Of a stretch of 64,000 bases of DNA, positions 48,426 through 58,924 are shown one piece after another. Below the pieces are notes generated by a model. That model worked only from the letters and a program-made list of their open reading frames with translations. It did not search any database and was not told the origin of the DNA. A program made the translations under genes and the position numbers. Source of the stretch: Candidatus Latescibacterota bacterium (GTDB lineage Bacteria; Latescibacterota; UBA2968; GCA-2709665); the NCBI GenBank assembly GCA_965116875.1, contig OZ220733.1, forward strand, positions 4,832,001-4,896,000. The letters are read 5' to 3'. Positions within the stretch are counted from its first letter, which is position 1. Each line of letters starts with the position of its first letter.

Positions 48426-49949
48426 TCACCGCGCCGGTTGCAGTTCACCGAAGTAATCCTGAATCGAGTCGACGAGGCCGGCGATGCCGACTTCCCAATC
48501 CGCGGCCTGCGCGACAACGGAAAAGCCCAGACTCCGAGCCGTCTCTGCCGTTGTGGGCCCAATACAGGCAGCGGGGAGCGTCCGCGAAAGTTCAGGCATT
48601 CCGAATTGCTTGAATAGTTCCGTACAATTTAATGCGGCAGAAGGGCTTGAAAAAACTACCAGGTCGACCTCCTTCCGTTGAAGGCGTACCTTGACCCGAT
48701 CCGAAATGCCCGGGGGCTTCTGAGTCCGGTAAACAATAACCTCCCGCACGTCCGCCCCCAGCGCGCGCAATGCATCCGGTATTGTTCTTCGTCCCTTTTC
48801 CCCTCGGGGAATCAGCACCCGCAGCCCGGACACGTTTCCTTCGGCGAACCGCTCCGCAAGGTTGGCGGCCGTGTGCCGGGACGGACACAAATCCACGTGC
48901 AGCCCGTGTCCGCGGACCTTTTCCGCGGATTTCCGACCGACCACGGCAACCCTGACATCCGTCAATCCGTTCAGGTTTCCATGTATCGATCGCACCCTGC
49001 TGAAGAAGCGCTCGATGGCGTTCCCGCTGGCGAAAACAAGCCAGTCGAACCGGTCGAGCTCCCCAATTGCGGCATCCACCGGCGACCAGTCATGCGGGTC
49101 CGCTATCTCTATTGCGGGGGCCACCAGGACCTCGGCCCCGAGTCCCATCAACATGCCGCGCAACTCCCCGACCTGATTCCGGCTGCGGGTGATCATGATA
49201 CGCCTGCCAATGAGAGGAAGCCGTTCGAACCACGGAAAGTCCGACGCGGCCACCTCACCCACGACAATTGCGGCCGGGCTGCGTACTTCCACGCCGGCCA
49301 GGGTACCGAGCGTACATCGGACGGTCGTCTGACCGGGCAACGTTCCGTCCTGCACCACGGCCACAGGGGTATCGGCGGGACGTCCTGCCTGGATCAGTCT
49401 CCGGGCGACCTCCCCGCGGTTCCGTACGCCCATCAGCACGACAAGGGTGCCGCCCAGCTGACCCAACGCGCGCCAGTCTACTTCCGGGAGCGCGTCCAAA
49501 GACTCGCGGTGACCCGTTAGAATCGTCACATGCGGCGCGATCCCCCGCCGGGTGACCGTAATGCCCGCGTATGCCGGCGCGGCGATCGCGCTGGTTATTC
49601 CCGGTATCACTTCAAATGCGACGCCCGCATCTTCAAGCGTCGCCATCTCCTCCCCGCCGCGCCCGAACAGGAATGGGTCTCCGCCCTTCAGACGTACCAC
49701 CCTCAGCCCTTTCTCCGCCCGTTCAACCATCAGCCGGTTGATCCGTTCCTGCTGTCGTGACTGGGCGCCGGGACGTTTGCCCACGTCAATCCGCTCACAA
49801 TCCGGCGGCGCTTCGTCCAGCAACGCCGGATTCGCCAGGCTGTCGTAGAGAATCACGTCAGCTTTCCGGATACGGCGAAGGGCCTTAACTGTGATCAGTT
49901 CGGGATCTCCCGGCCCCGCACCAACGAGATAAACCACGCCTTTCGCCAT
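48426..49949 (-). CDS. cobA: Uroporphyrinogen-III C-methyltransferase/uroporphyrinogen-III synthase fusion (CobA-HemD)
   Basis: YLVGAGPGDP, RLKGGDPF.FGRGGEE; HemD half ITRSRNQ, FSSPSA, CIGPTTA. Confidence 0.93.
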   Translation of the reverse strand: MAKGVVYLVGAGPGDPELITVKALRRIRKADVILYDSLANPALLDEAPPDCERIDVGKRPGAQSRQQERINRLMVERAEKGLRVVRLKGGDPFLFGRGGEEMATLEDAGVAFEVIPGITSAIAAPAYAGITVTRRGIAPHVTILTGHRESLDALPEVDWRALGQLGGTLVVLMGVRNRGEVARRLIQAGRPADTPVAVVQDGTLPGQTTVRCTLGTLAGVEVRSPAAIVVGEVAASDFPWFERLPLIGRRIMITRSRNQVGELRGMLMGLGAEVLVAPAIEIADPHDWSPVDAAIGELDRFDWLVFASGNAIERFFSRVRSIHGNLNGLTDVRVAVVGRKSAEKVRGHGLHVDLCPSRHTAANLAERFAEGNVSGLRVLIPRGEKGRRTIPDALRALGADVREVIVYRTQKPPGISDRVKVRLQRKEVDLVVFSSPSAALNCTELFKQFGMPELSRTLPAACIGPTTAETARSLGFSVVAQAADWEVGIAGLVDSIQDYFGELQPAR

Positions 49950-50012
49950 GATGATCCCAAACCGCCACGGATCCGGCTGTCCTCCCGTGACCTGTTGACG
50001 CCGACACGCGGT

Positions 50013-50933
50013 CTACAGGACGTCTCTCAGAATCTCCCTCGCCCCGCGCTCGATCAGTAGACCGGAAAGCCTCCTGCCGAGCTCGAGGGAATCGTCCGGA
50101 TCTCCCGTTGTCCGCGCGCGGACAATCCTGCCGCCGTCCGGGACGGCCACCATTCCGTCCGCAATGAGGCACCCCTCGACCAACCGCGCCCACGCGCCAA
50201 CCGGCATCTGACATCCCCCGGCAAGTTCATCCAGCATCGCTCGCTCGGCACGCACAGCCGAGTGAGTGGAACGATCATGCAGACAGCGCGCCACCCGCGC
50301 GACGCGATCATCGTCCTGTCTGATCTCGATACCCAGCGCACCCTGACCTGGAGCCGGAAGGAACCGTTCCGCCGGGAGAAATTCGCTCACGCGACCTGCC
50401 AGTCCGAGCCTGCGCAGACCCGCCGCCGCCAGAACCACCGCCTCGACTTCGCCCGCATCCAGTTTCCGGAGCCGGGTATCCACGTTTCCGCGAATCCCTG
50501 CGACCGTGAGGTCCGGTCTGATGTGACGCAACTGCGCCTGTCGCCTCAGGCTGCCCGTACCCACCACCGCGCCGTCCGGCAGGCGATCGAGCCTGTGCCC
50601 GGCACGACTGACCAGCGCGTCCCGGACGTCCCAGCGGCGGCTGGTGGCCGCCAGGCGCAAGCCCCCGGGCAGCCGGGTAGGCATGTCTTTCAGAGAGTGT
50701 ACCGCCAGATCGATTCGTCCATCGAGGAGCGCTTCATCGATCTCTCTGGTAAAGACCTGCTTGCCTCCGATCTGCGCGACCGGCACGCCCGGCTCACGGT
50801 CTCCCGTGGTTCTGATCGCCTCGATATGTACTTCTAGGCCGGGATTCGCATTGAGCAAAATCGTTCTGGCCCAATTCGCCTGCCAACGGGCAAGGGGGCT
50901 GCCCCGGCTGCCGATCAAAATGCGTGTCAACAT
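50013..50933 (-). CDS. hemC: Hydroxymethylbilane synthase
   Basis: GSRGSPLA.WQ, AVHSLKD, GTGSLRR, RGNVDTRL, GGCQMP. Confidence 0.96.
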   Translation of the reverse strand: MLTRILIGSRGSPLARWQANWARTILLNANPGLEVHIEAIRTTGDREPGVPVAQIGGKQVFTREIDEALLDGRIDLAVHSLKDMPTRLPGGLRLAATSRRWDVRDALVSRAGHRLDRLPDGAVVGTGSLRRQAQLRHIRPDLTVAGIRGNVDTRLRKLDAGEVEAVVLAAAGLRRLGLAGRVSEFLPAERFLPAPGQGALGIEIRQDDDRVARVARCLHDRSTHSAVRAERAMLDELAGGCQMPVGAWARLVEGCLIADGMVAVPDGGRIVRARTTGDPDDSLELGRRLSGLLIERGAREILRDVL

Positions 50934-52252
50934 TCGCTCTGCACCCTTTCTGCGGGTGCTTCCTGCGTCGACGATCCTGCGGTGAGGGCCGGGGCCGCAT
51001 CCAGGTCGAACAGGCGGACAAGGGCGTCCACATAGGTCAGCGCTTCCCCTGAATCGGCGGCTTCCCGCAAACGGACCTGCGGCGCGTGCAAGAGCTTGTT
51101 CATGTATAGCCTCAGGAGGCCGGCCACTTTCTCCTGTTGTATTTCCGAGAAATCCGACAACCGGGCCCGTTCCAGTTCCTCTTCAAGGAGTTCCTGGAAT
51201 CGACGGCGCATGGCCACGATGGCGGGCACTACGTCGAGCGAATTCAACCATGAGGAAAAAACCCTCACCTCTTCGTCAACGATATGCCGTGCCTTCTCCG
51301 CCTCACGCCGCCTCTTCCGCATATTCGCCCCCACGACCGCCTGCAGATCGTCGATATCGTACAAAAATACATTGTAGAGAGATCCCGCGTCCGGGTCGAT
51401 GTCTCTGGGCACCGCAATGTCAATGAGAAACATGGCGTTATTCCGGCGCTTCTGCATCGCGAGCGCAACGCGTTGTCTTTCAAGAATCGGGGCTGTCGCG
51501 CTGGTTGAACTGATGACGATGTCGGCACGGTGCAGTCCATCCATCGCATCCGGCCAGGACAACGCTTTCCCGTTCACCCGCTTCGCCAGATCCCGCGCCC
51601 GCGCGAACGTCCGGCTGGACACCATCAGTCGGCCGATCCCGCTGTCCACGAGGTGCCTGGCGGTCAGTTCGCTCATCTCCCCCGCACCCAGTACCAGGGC
51701 CGTCCTTTCGTCCAGCTTGCCAAGGATCTTCTTTGCAAGCGCCACTGCCGCGAAACTGACCGAAACTGCGCCGTCGGCGATCTCGGTCTCCGTTCTTGCC
51801 CGTTTGGATGTTTCGACGGCCGAACGAAACAGCCTGTTCAGGACGGCGCCGCTCGTTCCCGCTTCGATGGCGCGGGCGCCCGCATCCTTCACCTGCCCGG
51901 CGATCTGCGGCTCGCCCATGATCATCGAATCCAGCCCCGATGCAACGCACAGCAGATGTCGGACCGCATCCAGGTCGTTGCGGGTGAACGTGAATCCGCG
52001 CAATTCACCAGCGTCGATCCCGCTGATTCTTCCGAATACGCCGATAACGCCTGCGCGCGCGGTCTCGGGATGGTCTGTGACGACGTAGGCTTCGGAACGA
52101 TTGCACGTTGAAATGAGACTGCATTCGACCACGGCATCCAGCGCGTGCAATCGTTCAAGGATGGACCTGTGTTTCCTTTCGGAAACCGACACGCGGTCCC
52201 GGACTTCCACCGAGGCCGTTCGGTGGCTCAAGCCCACCACTACGATAGACAT
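50927..52252 (-). CDS. hemA: Glutamyl-tRNA reductase
   Basis: GLSHRTA, STCNRSE, GLDSM..GEPQI.GQVK, GAGEM, DIAVPRD. Confidence 0.96.
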   Translation of the reverse strand: MSIVVVGLSHRTASVEVRDRVSVSERKHRSILERLHALDAVVECSLISTCNRSEAYVVTDHPETARAGVIGVFGRISGIDAGELRGFTFTRNDLDAVRHLLCVASGLDSMIMGEPQIAGQVKDAGARAIEAGTSGAVLNRLFRSAVETSKRARTETEIADGAVSVSFAAVALAKKILGKLDERTALVLGAGEMSELTARHLVDSGIGRLMVSSRTFARARDLAKRVNGKALSWPDAMDGLHRADIVISSTSATAPILERQRVALAMQKRRNNAMFLIDIAVPRDIDPDAGSLYNVFLYDIDDLQAVVGANMRKRRREAEKARHIVDEEVRVFSSWLNSLDVVPAIVAMRRRFQELLEEELERARLSDFSEIQQEKVAGLLRLYMNKLLHAPQVRLREAADSGEALTYVDALVRLFDLDAAPALTAGSSTQEAPAERVQSEC

Positions 52253-52881
52253 GCCGTTACTTTCCTGTCGAGTTCATCCCACCGTTCCCGCCGAACCAGG
52301 TCCACGGTCTCCCAGTTCACCAGCAGATCCCACACTGCCTTTCGCCGCGCGGGACTTTCGGGAAACCGTGCCATTACACGCGGACGCAAACGGGCGAGAT
52401 ATTCCACCATACCTCCGTGTTCCGGCCCAAGGACCTCCTCGAGACGCCGTCTTACCATACGCGCGTATGCCGGGCTGGCCGCCCCGGTTGAAACCGCCAC
52501 CTGTAACCCACCGCGGCGCAGTGTGGAAGGCACCGCGAAATCTCCCGCGCCCGCCGGGTCCGCACGATTGACCGGAACCCCCCTTTCAGCCGCTGCTCGC
52601 GCAACCTCGTCGTTGACCGGACTCGTGTCCGTTGCAGCGAAAGCCAGGGCCGCGCCGTCGACGTCGCTTCGATGAAAGCCACGACGCACCAGATGAATCC
52701 GTGTGTCTGCAGCCAGGACCTCCAGCGAATCCGAAATCTCGGGCGCAATCACCCAGACGCGGGCGCCTGCGTCGAGCAGGCCCCTTGCTTTCCGCTCCGC
52801 AACGGTTCCACCGCCCACGACGACACATTTCCTGTTCCGCAGGTCCAGAAAGATCGGATATTCAACACATTGGCCGGCCAT
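52240..52881 (-). CDS. Precorrin-2 dehydrogenase/sirohydrochlorin ferrochelatase (SirC/Met8/CysG N-terminal type)
   Basis: YPIFLDL, VVGGGTVAERK, VSTGAASP. Confidence 0.9.
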   Translation of the reverse strand: MAGQCVEYPIFLDLRNRKCVVVGGGTVAERKARGLLDAGARVWVIAPEISDSLEVLAADTRIHLVRRGFHRSDVDGAALAFAATDTSPVNDEVARAAAERGVPVNRADPAGAGDFAVPSTLRRGGLQVAVSTGAASPAYARMVRRRLEEVLGPEHGGMVEYLARLRPRVMARFPESPARRKAVWDLLVNWETVDLVRRERWDELDRKVTACLS

Positions 52882-52901
52882 ATGAGCTCACGCGATTCAA
52901 C

Positions 52902-53729
52902 CTACTGTGCCAGAACGTGTTTACCGGGAAATAGCAGGCCCATGACGGGAAATGTGAACACGACGAGGACAAATCCCAGAATTGACATAAGCGCCGCGCG
53001 CTTTCCCTGCCAGCCGGCAATCCTTCGGGCTGCAAGATGGCCGGCATAGACAACCCACGTAACCAGCAGCACCCAGAATGCCGGTTCGTTCCAGATCCAG
53101 AGCCTGTACATCTTCTGGTGAACCCAGACGGAACTCGCCACGATACCCGCCGTCAGGAAGACGAAGCCGAAAGACGCGGCACGGTTGTTTGTCTGGTCAA
53201 GTGTATCCAGCGGCGGCAGTCGATCGTAGAAAAAGCCCAGATGCTTCTTCTGGATTTCACCCAGCAGCATCACGTACATCGTGGCGCTGACACTGGATAT
53301 GGCAAACGCCGCATATGCCAGAATGTATGCGAATACATGAAGCTTGAACCAGCCGCCCGTATGCGACACTCTTGGCATGCCCTCGGCGCCCGTCAGGTTG
53401 GTAGCGGCGACCAGGTGCAACACCGCAACGATGGGAACCACCAGTGCGCCCAGCGAACCGCGACAGGTCCCGAACTCCAGATAAAGAAAGACAATAACAA
53501 CCAGCCAGGCGCATAGAGAAGGCAGCACCTGGCTGGTCAAGGGAACCTGTCCGGTAGCAACGGCCATGTTCGCGAGCAGCGTACTGTGCAGTACCCAGCC
53601 CGCGATGAGGCTCCAGAACCCCAGGGAGCCCCCAATGGCCCGCATCCGTATAAAATGCGCGGCGTAAGCGCATGCGCTGATGATGTACGCCGCGCCCGTA
53701 CCCATCACCAGCAGATTCTGCATACCCAT
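52902..53729 (-). CDS. Cytochrome c assembly protein (CcsA/HemX-like)
   Basis: Multiple TM helices, LH motif, LPPLDTLD, GWQGKRAA; typical position upstream of hemA. Confidence 0.85.
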   Translation of the reverse strand: MGMQNLLVMGTGAAYIISACAYAAHFIRMRAIGGSLGFWSLIAGWVLHSTLLANMAVATGQVPLTSQVLPSLCAWLVVIVFLYLEFGTCRGSLGALVVPIVAVLHLVAATNLTGAEGMPRVSHTGGWFKLHVFAYILAYAAFAISSVSATMYVMLLGEIQKKHLGFFYDRLPPLDTLDQTNNRAASFGFVFLTAGIVASSVWVHQKMYRLWIWNEPAFWVLLVTWVVYAGHLAARRIAGWQGKRAALMSILGFVLVVFTFPVMGLLFPGKHVLAQ

Positions 53730-53876
53730 AGCATCGGACCCCGACCTGAAACGGCGTGTGAAACCAATCCCTGGCGCGCCCACTGACAGGATCCATCACG
53801 GCGTTCCCCGCGCCCGCCACCGGCGATCCGGTTTCTCGTTTCCGAACCCCCGGAAGGTCGATACGGGGCACTCAAC

Positions 53877-55076
53877 TTACACAATCCCGTCGGCCGAATC
53901 AATCGAAATCCGGCAATTTCCACCCGGCGCAACCACGCCGAGTACGACGGAACCGGATGCGCCCGTTGCGGCTGGCAGATTTCCGGGCCTGCCCTCCACG
54001 GTCGCATTGGCAAGCACCGCAAAGGCAATCGCCTCCCTGGCATCCGCGGGCACGCCCAGCGCATCGGAATGACACACGTCCACGTCCGGGAGCGCACCGG
54101 TCAACATCCTCATCAGAACCGGATTTCGGCTGCCGCCGCCGCTGACGGCCACCCTGCCGATCGGGGTCACGGGCACGACAAACCGCTCCAACGCATCCAC
54201 GATGCTTCGCGCGGTAAACGCGGTCGCCGTGGCAATCAGGTCTTCATCCGCCAGGCGCCCGCGCCAGGCCAGGACCTCCGCTACCAACGTCGCGCCGAAC
54301 GTCTCCCTTCCGGTGGACCTGGGCGGCGCCGCGTTCAAAAAAGGATGCCGCATCAATTCGCCCAGCAGCGACTCGGACACGTCGCCCGAGTCTGCGATCG
54401 CCCCACCCGCGTCGTACGCCAGGCGTCCTCCCGTAATGACCTCAGTCAGCGCGTCCAGGAGCATATTGCCCGGCCCTGTGTCGAATGCCAGGACGTCGTC
54501 CGGCCCACAACCTGCCGGCAAAACGGTAACGTTTGAAATCCCGCCGATGTTCAGCAGCACGCGACTCTCGCGCCCGGACCGGAAAAGCAGATAGTCCACC
54601 AGTGGGACGAGTGGCGCTCCCTGTCCTCCAGCCGCCAGATCCCGCGCCCGGAAGTCAGCGACCGTGGTGACGCCGGTCCGCTCCGCGATCACGCACGGAT
54701 CGGCAATCTGCAGTGAGGATCGCGTGACCACATCGAACGCGCTGTGTGCCTCCGGCAGGTGGTGTACGGTCTGTCCGTGCGAACCGATGAGATCCACCCT
54801 GGACATTTCCACACCCGCTTCGCGGCACACGTTGAATGCGGCTCTGGCAAACCACTCGCCAAGAACGGCATTCAGCCTGCATATCCTGTCCACCCCGCCA
54901 CCTCCGGCTTCCGAGACGTCGAGGATCTCCCGCCGCAATTCCGGCGGGTACGGCAAACCTGTAAACGCAACCAGCCGAATCCCCGCTTCCTCCCGCCCAA
55001 CCTCGACAAGAGCCGCGTCTACGCCGTCGACCGACGTACCGGACATCAGGCCGATTGCCCTGCGAAACGCACCCAC
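53877..55076 (-). CDS. anmK: Anhydro-N-acetylmuramic acid kinase
   Basis: IGLMSGTSVDGVD, GSHGQT, GGQGAPL, NIGGISN, FDTGPGN, STGRETF. Confidence 0.96.
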   Translation of the reverse strand: MGAFRRAIGLMSGTSVDGVDAALVEVGREEAGIRLVAFTGLPYPPELRREILDVSEAGGGGVDRICRLNAVLGEWFARAAFNVCREAGVEMSRVDLIGSHGQTVHHLPEAHSAFDVVTRSSLQIADPCVIAERTGVTTVADFRARDLAAGGQGAPLVPLVDYLLFRSGRESRVLLNIGGISNVTVLPAGCGPDDVLAFDTGPGNMLLDALTEVITGGRLAYDAGGAIADSGDVSESLLGELMRHPFLNAAPPRSTGRETFGATLVAEVLAWRGRLADEDLIATATAFTARSIVDALERFVVPVTPIGRVAVSGGGSRNPVLMRMLTGALPDVDVCHSDALGVPADAREAIAFAVLANATVEGRPGNLPAATGASGSVVLGVVAPGGNCRISIDSADGIV

Positions 55077-55108
55077 TCAAGCCCCCCGTGCTTCAACTGA
55101 ATCACCTG

Positions 55109-56164
55109 TCAACGAGCACCCCCGCCGCCATACAGGTCCGATGCCTTGCGCACGCCTCCCAGGAAATACCGAAAACCGATCACCCCGCGAAAGACATTGC
55201 GGAAGACCTCGCGGTCCTCGACCGTGCGCACCCGTTGCGCGTCCCGACGTCGACGCAGAATCGACGCCGGATGGAACAGGACCCAGCAAAGGCCGCAAAG
55301 CGCCGCGGCAGGGCGCATCCAGTCGCGCTTTACGATCCCGAGCGGCACGGTACAGAGTTCCATCAGCACCCGGATCGGGAACACCCAGGCCAGCGAGAGA
55401 GCGGACATGTTCTTCAGCACCATCACCAGCTGATTTCTGTGGTTCAGATAGGCCTTGCGGAAAGCCCGCGCATTCAGTGACCAGCCTCCGTAGTGATAGA
55501 CCACGGACTCCGGGACGGAAATCGCCCGGTATCCCACGAGATGGAACCGCCAGCACAGGTCGATTTCCTCCATGTGCATATAAAACCCTTCATCCATGAG
55601 CCCGGTGTCTTTCAAGCACCTCATCCGCAGAAACATCGCCCCCCCTACCGCCCAGAAAATATCCCGCGAACAATCGTACTGCCCTCGATCCTCCTCTACC
55701 GTTTCGAACAGCCGGCCCAGACAGAAGGTGTACCCCAGCATGTCCATCATCCCGCCGGCGGCGCCCCCGTAGTCGAACTTCGCGCGTTCACGAAGCGATC
55801 TCACTTTCGGCTGGCACACGCCCACCTTCGGGTCGGCTTCCATTGCAGCCAGCAGTGGCGCCAGCCAGCCTTCGGCCACTTCGACGTCGTTGTTCAGCAA
55901 CATCGCGAATTCACCGCGTGCCGTCTCAAGCCCCCTGTTACACCCCGCACCCATCCCTTTCCCGCCGCCGACGCTCACCACACGTATGCCGGGAAACCGC
56001 GCCTGCGCCTTCTGCAGGCTTCCGTCGTCGTACGGCCTGTCGTCGGCGACAATCACCTCGAAAGGCGCGCCGCTCGTTCTCGCGTAGAGGAAATCCAGGC
56101 AGGTCAGCAGAACATCCCCGAGGAAATGCGGTACGATCACGGACACGAGGGGCTTATCGGCCAT
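55109..56164 (-). CDS. Glycosyltransferase family 2 (WbbL-like)
   Basis: VSVIVP, LLNNDV, MEEIDLCWR, S.VYHYGG. Confidence 0.9.
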   Translation of the reverse strand: MADKPLVSVIVPHFLGDVLLTCLDFLYARTSGAPFEVIVADDRPYDDGSLQKAQARFPGIRVVSVGGGKGMGAGCNRGLETARGEFAMLLNNDVEVAEGWLAPLLAAMEADPKVGVCQPKVRSLRERAKFDYGGAAGGMMDMLGYTFCLGRLFETVEEDRGQYDCSRDIFWAVGGAMFLRMRCLKDTGLMDEGFYMHMEEIDLCWRFHLVGYRAISVPESVVYHYGGWSLNARAFRKAYLNHRNQLVMVLKNMSALSLAWVFPIRVLMELCTVPLGIVKRDWMRPAAALCGLCWVLFHPASILRRRRDAQRVRTVEDREVFRNVFRGVIGFRYFLGGVRKASDLYGGGGAR

Positions 56165-58631
56165 CCGTCGCCTCTTGACGCCTGACCCTCCGCCGTAACG
56201 TCTCCAACGCCTGCGCAACCTCACGGTCTCCCGGAGTCAATCGCAGGAGGTACTCCAGATCGGCTGCGGCGCCGGCGAGGTCTCCGATGCGTTCCCGTGA
56301 CGCCGCCCGATTGAACAGCGCCCGTTCGACCTGTATGCTGTTTTCAATCATCCTGTCATATAGCTCAATTGCCGCGTCGAATCGACCAATCTGCATCTGC
56401 ACCTCAGCCGCAGTCCCCAGACGCGTTTCTTCGTCGACCAGGTCCGAATCCAGCACGATGTTCAACAATCGCTGGGTTTCCTCCGGCCGGTCCAGTCGAT
56501 GCATCAACACCGCCATCTGGACGGCGCCCTGCCAATGCTCCGGCGGAAGCGCGTGATTCTCGCAGAACCGGAGGACCTCGTAGGCGCCATCCCGGTCTCC
56601 TTCTTCGGCGAGGCCTTCCGCGAGGCGCAGGAACACGGCCGGGTAATTGGCCAGCAGGTTCAACGCGGTCCGGTTACGATGCACCCCGGGGTCCGAGACG
56701 CCCCGGAACTGATAGAGGCCCGTCAGGTGCTTCCTGGTCTGTTGCAGATGAACACGCGACGCCTTCCGCCGCAACAGACGGAAGACCATGCCCTCCATCT
56801 CCAGGTAGTCATCCAGTCCCATCCTGTTACCGTCCGGTACGGTCAACGCGAAATAGACCGGCCTTGTCCACTCGTTCCAATCCACGATCTTCAAGACCAT
56901 AACATCCTGAACCCGCAGTACCCTGCCCGGCATTTCCTGGACGGTCCAGGTCAATCCGGCCGCACGCACCTCCCTGGCCTCTGGCCAGAATCGCCCGGAT
57001 TTCATCACAGCAGTACGCGTACGCGCCGTCAATACCTGCTCGATGTATTCGTCCGTATACCGGATGGGTACTTCCGGTTCCAGATCCTTCAACTGCCTGA
57101 TATACCACGACGTATTCAGAAGACTCAGGTTAACGACACGTACATCCCTTCGGAGGCCCATCACCTCCTGCTGGTACCAGAGAGGAAAACTGTCGTTATC
57201 CGCATTGGTAAACAGGATTGCGTGGGGGGCGCAGGAATTCAGAATATTGGCCGCATAGTCGAATGCAAACCGGTTGCCGGTCCGGTCATGCGTCGGATAG
57301 AGGCTTGCGGCCAACGCACCCGGCATTGCGAGCAGAAGGCAGGCGGAGGCAACCGCCGCACCCCTGCCATAAAGGTGGTGGGCCATGCGAATGACCGCCG
57401 ACGCCGCAATGCCCATCCACACGCAGAACAACGCGAAGGAGCCCACAAACACGTAGTCGCGTTCCCTCGGCTGCGGGTCTTCCATATTGAGATAAACCGA
57501 AAGCCCGACGCCTGAAAGCACGAAGAGTGCGGCAATTGCCCAGAAACGTCGGGCGTCCCGGCGCCAGTGTTCCCAGACACCCCAACAGCCCAGGAGATAC
57601 GGTACTACCGAAATGCGCACCAACTCCACTTCATGCGACGTGGCCCTGCGAAAGGCATCCGAGACGAATCCGATACCGGGCACGGGAAACTGTGCGACGA
57701 AGTACTTGAAATACATCGTCCAGATCTGGAAATCCCACAAGGGGGCCTTTCGGTTGAATACGCCCAGCAGCATACTTTCCGTACCATACTGTTCCCGGCC
57801 GAGAAACCTGATGAAGTTGGACCACGTTTCCGGATTGTTCTGGTCGATCATCGGGTTCAACCCCGACCGGATATAGAGAGAGGCGTACGTCGAATATCCC
57901 GCGACGAACAGGAGCGCCGCGAACGCCCAGGCCCGCGGGTCCTTCATCAACTCCGGCTTCCTGAACCAGACCAGCATCAGCAGCGTGGGAACGGTCAACA
58001 GACACAGCAGATGAACACCGCCGGCGAGGCCCATGAGATAGGCGACAAAATAGAGGATCCGGTGGCTGTCCGGCGCTCCGGCGTGTTCCATCCACCGCAG
58101 TCCCAGCCAGAGGGACAACGCCATCAGCATGATCGAGAATCCGTACACCTCGGTCTCCACGGCATTGTACCAGAACGTATCTGAAAACGCGAGCATCAGG
58201 GCGGCCACGGCACCCCCGACCACACCCGAAACACGGATGATGTTTCTCTCGCCGTCGCACCCGCCCGGCAGGATCAGCCGTACAGTGATCAGATATACGA
58301 ACAGCACCGCAAGCGCGCTCGTTATTGACGAGATGAGATTCATGGGCAACGCGGGGTCTTCCCAGACCGGCAACATCGTAAAGAAACGTCCGATCAACAG
58401 GTATAGCGGCGCGCCCGGCGGGTGAGGAATACCCAATGTAAACGCGCAGGCGATAAACTCTCCCGAGTCCCAGAACGAAACCGTTGGCGCGGCGGTCTTG
58501 ACGAATACCGCCAGCGATATCAGGAATACGCCCGCGGCGCAAATGCGGGAAAGGCCGGTCCCGACGTACGGATCGCATTCCGCGAGTCTGTCGGATTGTA
58601 AAACGCTCGTCATTTTCCTGTTGATCGCCAT
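56154..58631 (-). CDS. DUF2723 (TMEM260-like GT-C) membrane protein with C-terminal TPRs
   Basis: APTVSFWDSGEF...LGIPHPPGAPLY, AVETEVY, RERDY, FTNADNDSFPLWY.QEV, NLSLLNT.WY. Confidence 0.88.
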   Translation of the reverse strand: MAINRKMTSVLQSDRLAECDPYVGTGLSRICAAGVFLISLAVFVKTAAPTVSFWDSGEFIACAFTLGIPHPPGAPLYLLIGRFFTMLPVWEDPALPMNLISSITSALAVLFVYLITVRLILPGGCDGERNIIRVSGVVGGAVAALMLAFSDTFWYNAVETEVYGFSIMLMALSLWLGLRWMEHAGAPDSHRILYFVAYLMGLAGGVHLLCLLTVPTLLMLVWFRKPELMKDPRAWAFAALLFVAGYSTYASLYIRSGLNPMIDQNNPETWSNFIRFLGREQYGTESMLLGVFNRKAPLWDFQIWTMYFKYFVAQFPVPGIGFVSDAFRRATSHEVELVRISVVPYLLGCWGVWEHWRRDARRFWAIAALFVLSGVGLSVYLNMEDPQPRERDYVFVGSFALFCVWMGIAASAVIRMAHHLYGRGAAVASACLLLAMPGALAASLYPTHDRTGNRFAFDYAANILNSCAPHAILFTNADNDSFPLWYQQEVMGLRRDVRVVNLSLLNTSWYIRQLKDLEPEVPIRYTDEYIEQVLTARTRTAVMKSGRFWPEAREVRAAGLTWTVQEMPGRVLRVQDVMVLKIVDWNEWTRPVYFALTVPDGNRMGLDDYLEMEGMVFRLLRRKASRVHLQQTRKHLTGLYQFRGVSDPGVHRNRTALNLLANYPAVFLRLAEGLAEEGDRDGAYEVLRFCENHALPPEHWQGAVQMAVLMHRLDRPEETQRLLNIVLDSDLVDEETRLGTAAEVQMQIGRFDAAIELYDRMIENSIQVERALFNRAASRERIGDLAGAAADLEYLLRLTPGDREVAQALETLRRRVRRQEATDGR

Positions 58632-58924
58632 TGTTCCGGGTCCCGTCAGTTCGCACGCCGGTTCCGATGGCTGGTTCGGAGACAACTCACGCGGGGATTT
58701 ACGAATTCTGGCAGCTGAACGGCCGGAGCCCGCGTTGGGTCCGGCAGCTCCCGCTCGATGTTTACGTTCACCGTGTCGCAACCGTGCAGGCGAACAGGAC
58801 GCTTCCGCCTTTTTTCATACGCCTCGACGTTACGGGGGTTCGACGTGCGTATGGCGATATTCACCGCCTTGCTACAGGGGACCGGGCTGCCTCATGCCGT
58901 CGCTCGGGAGACCATTCGAGGATT

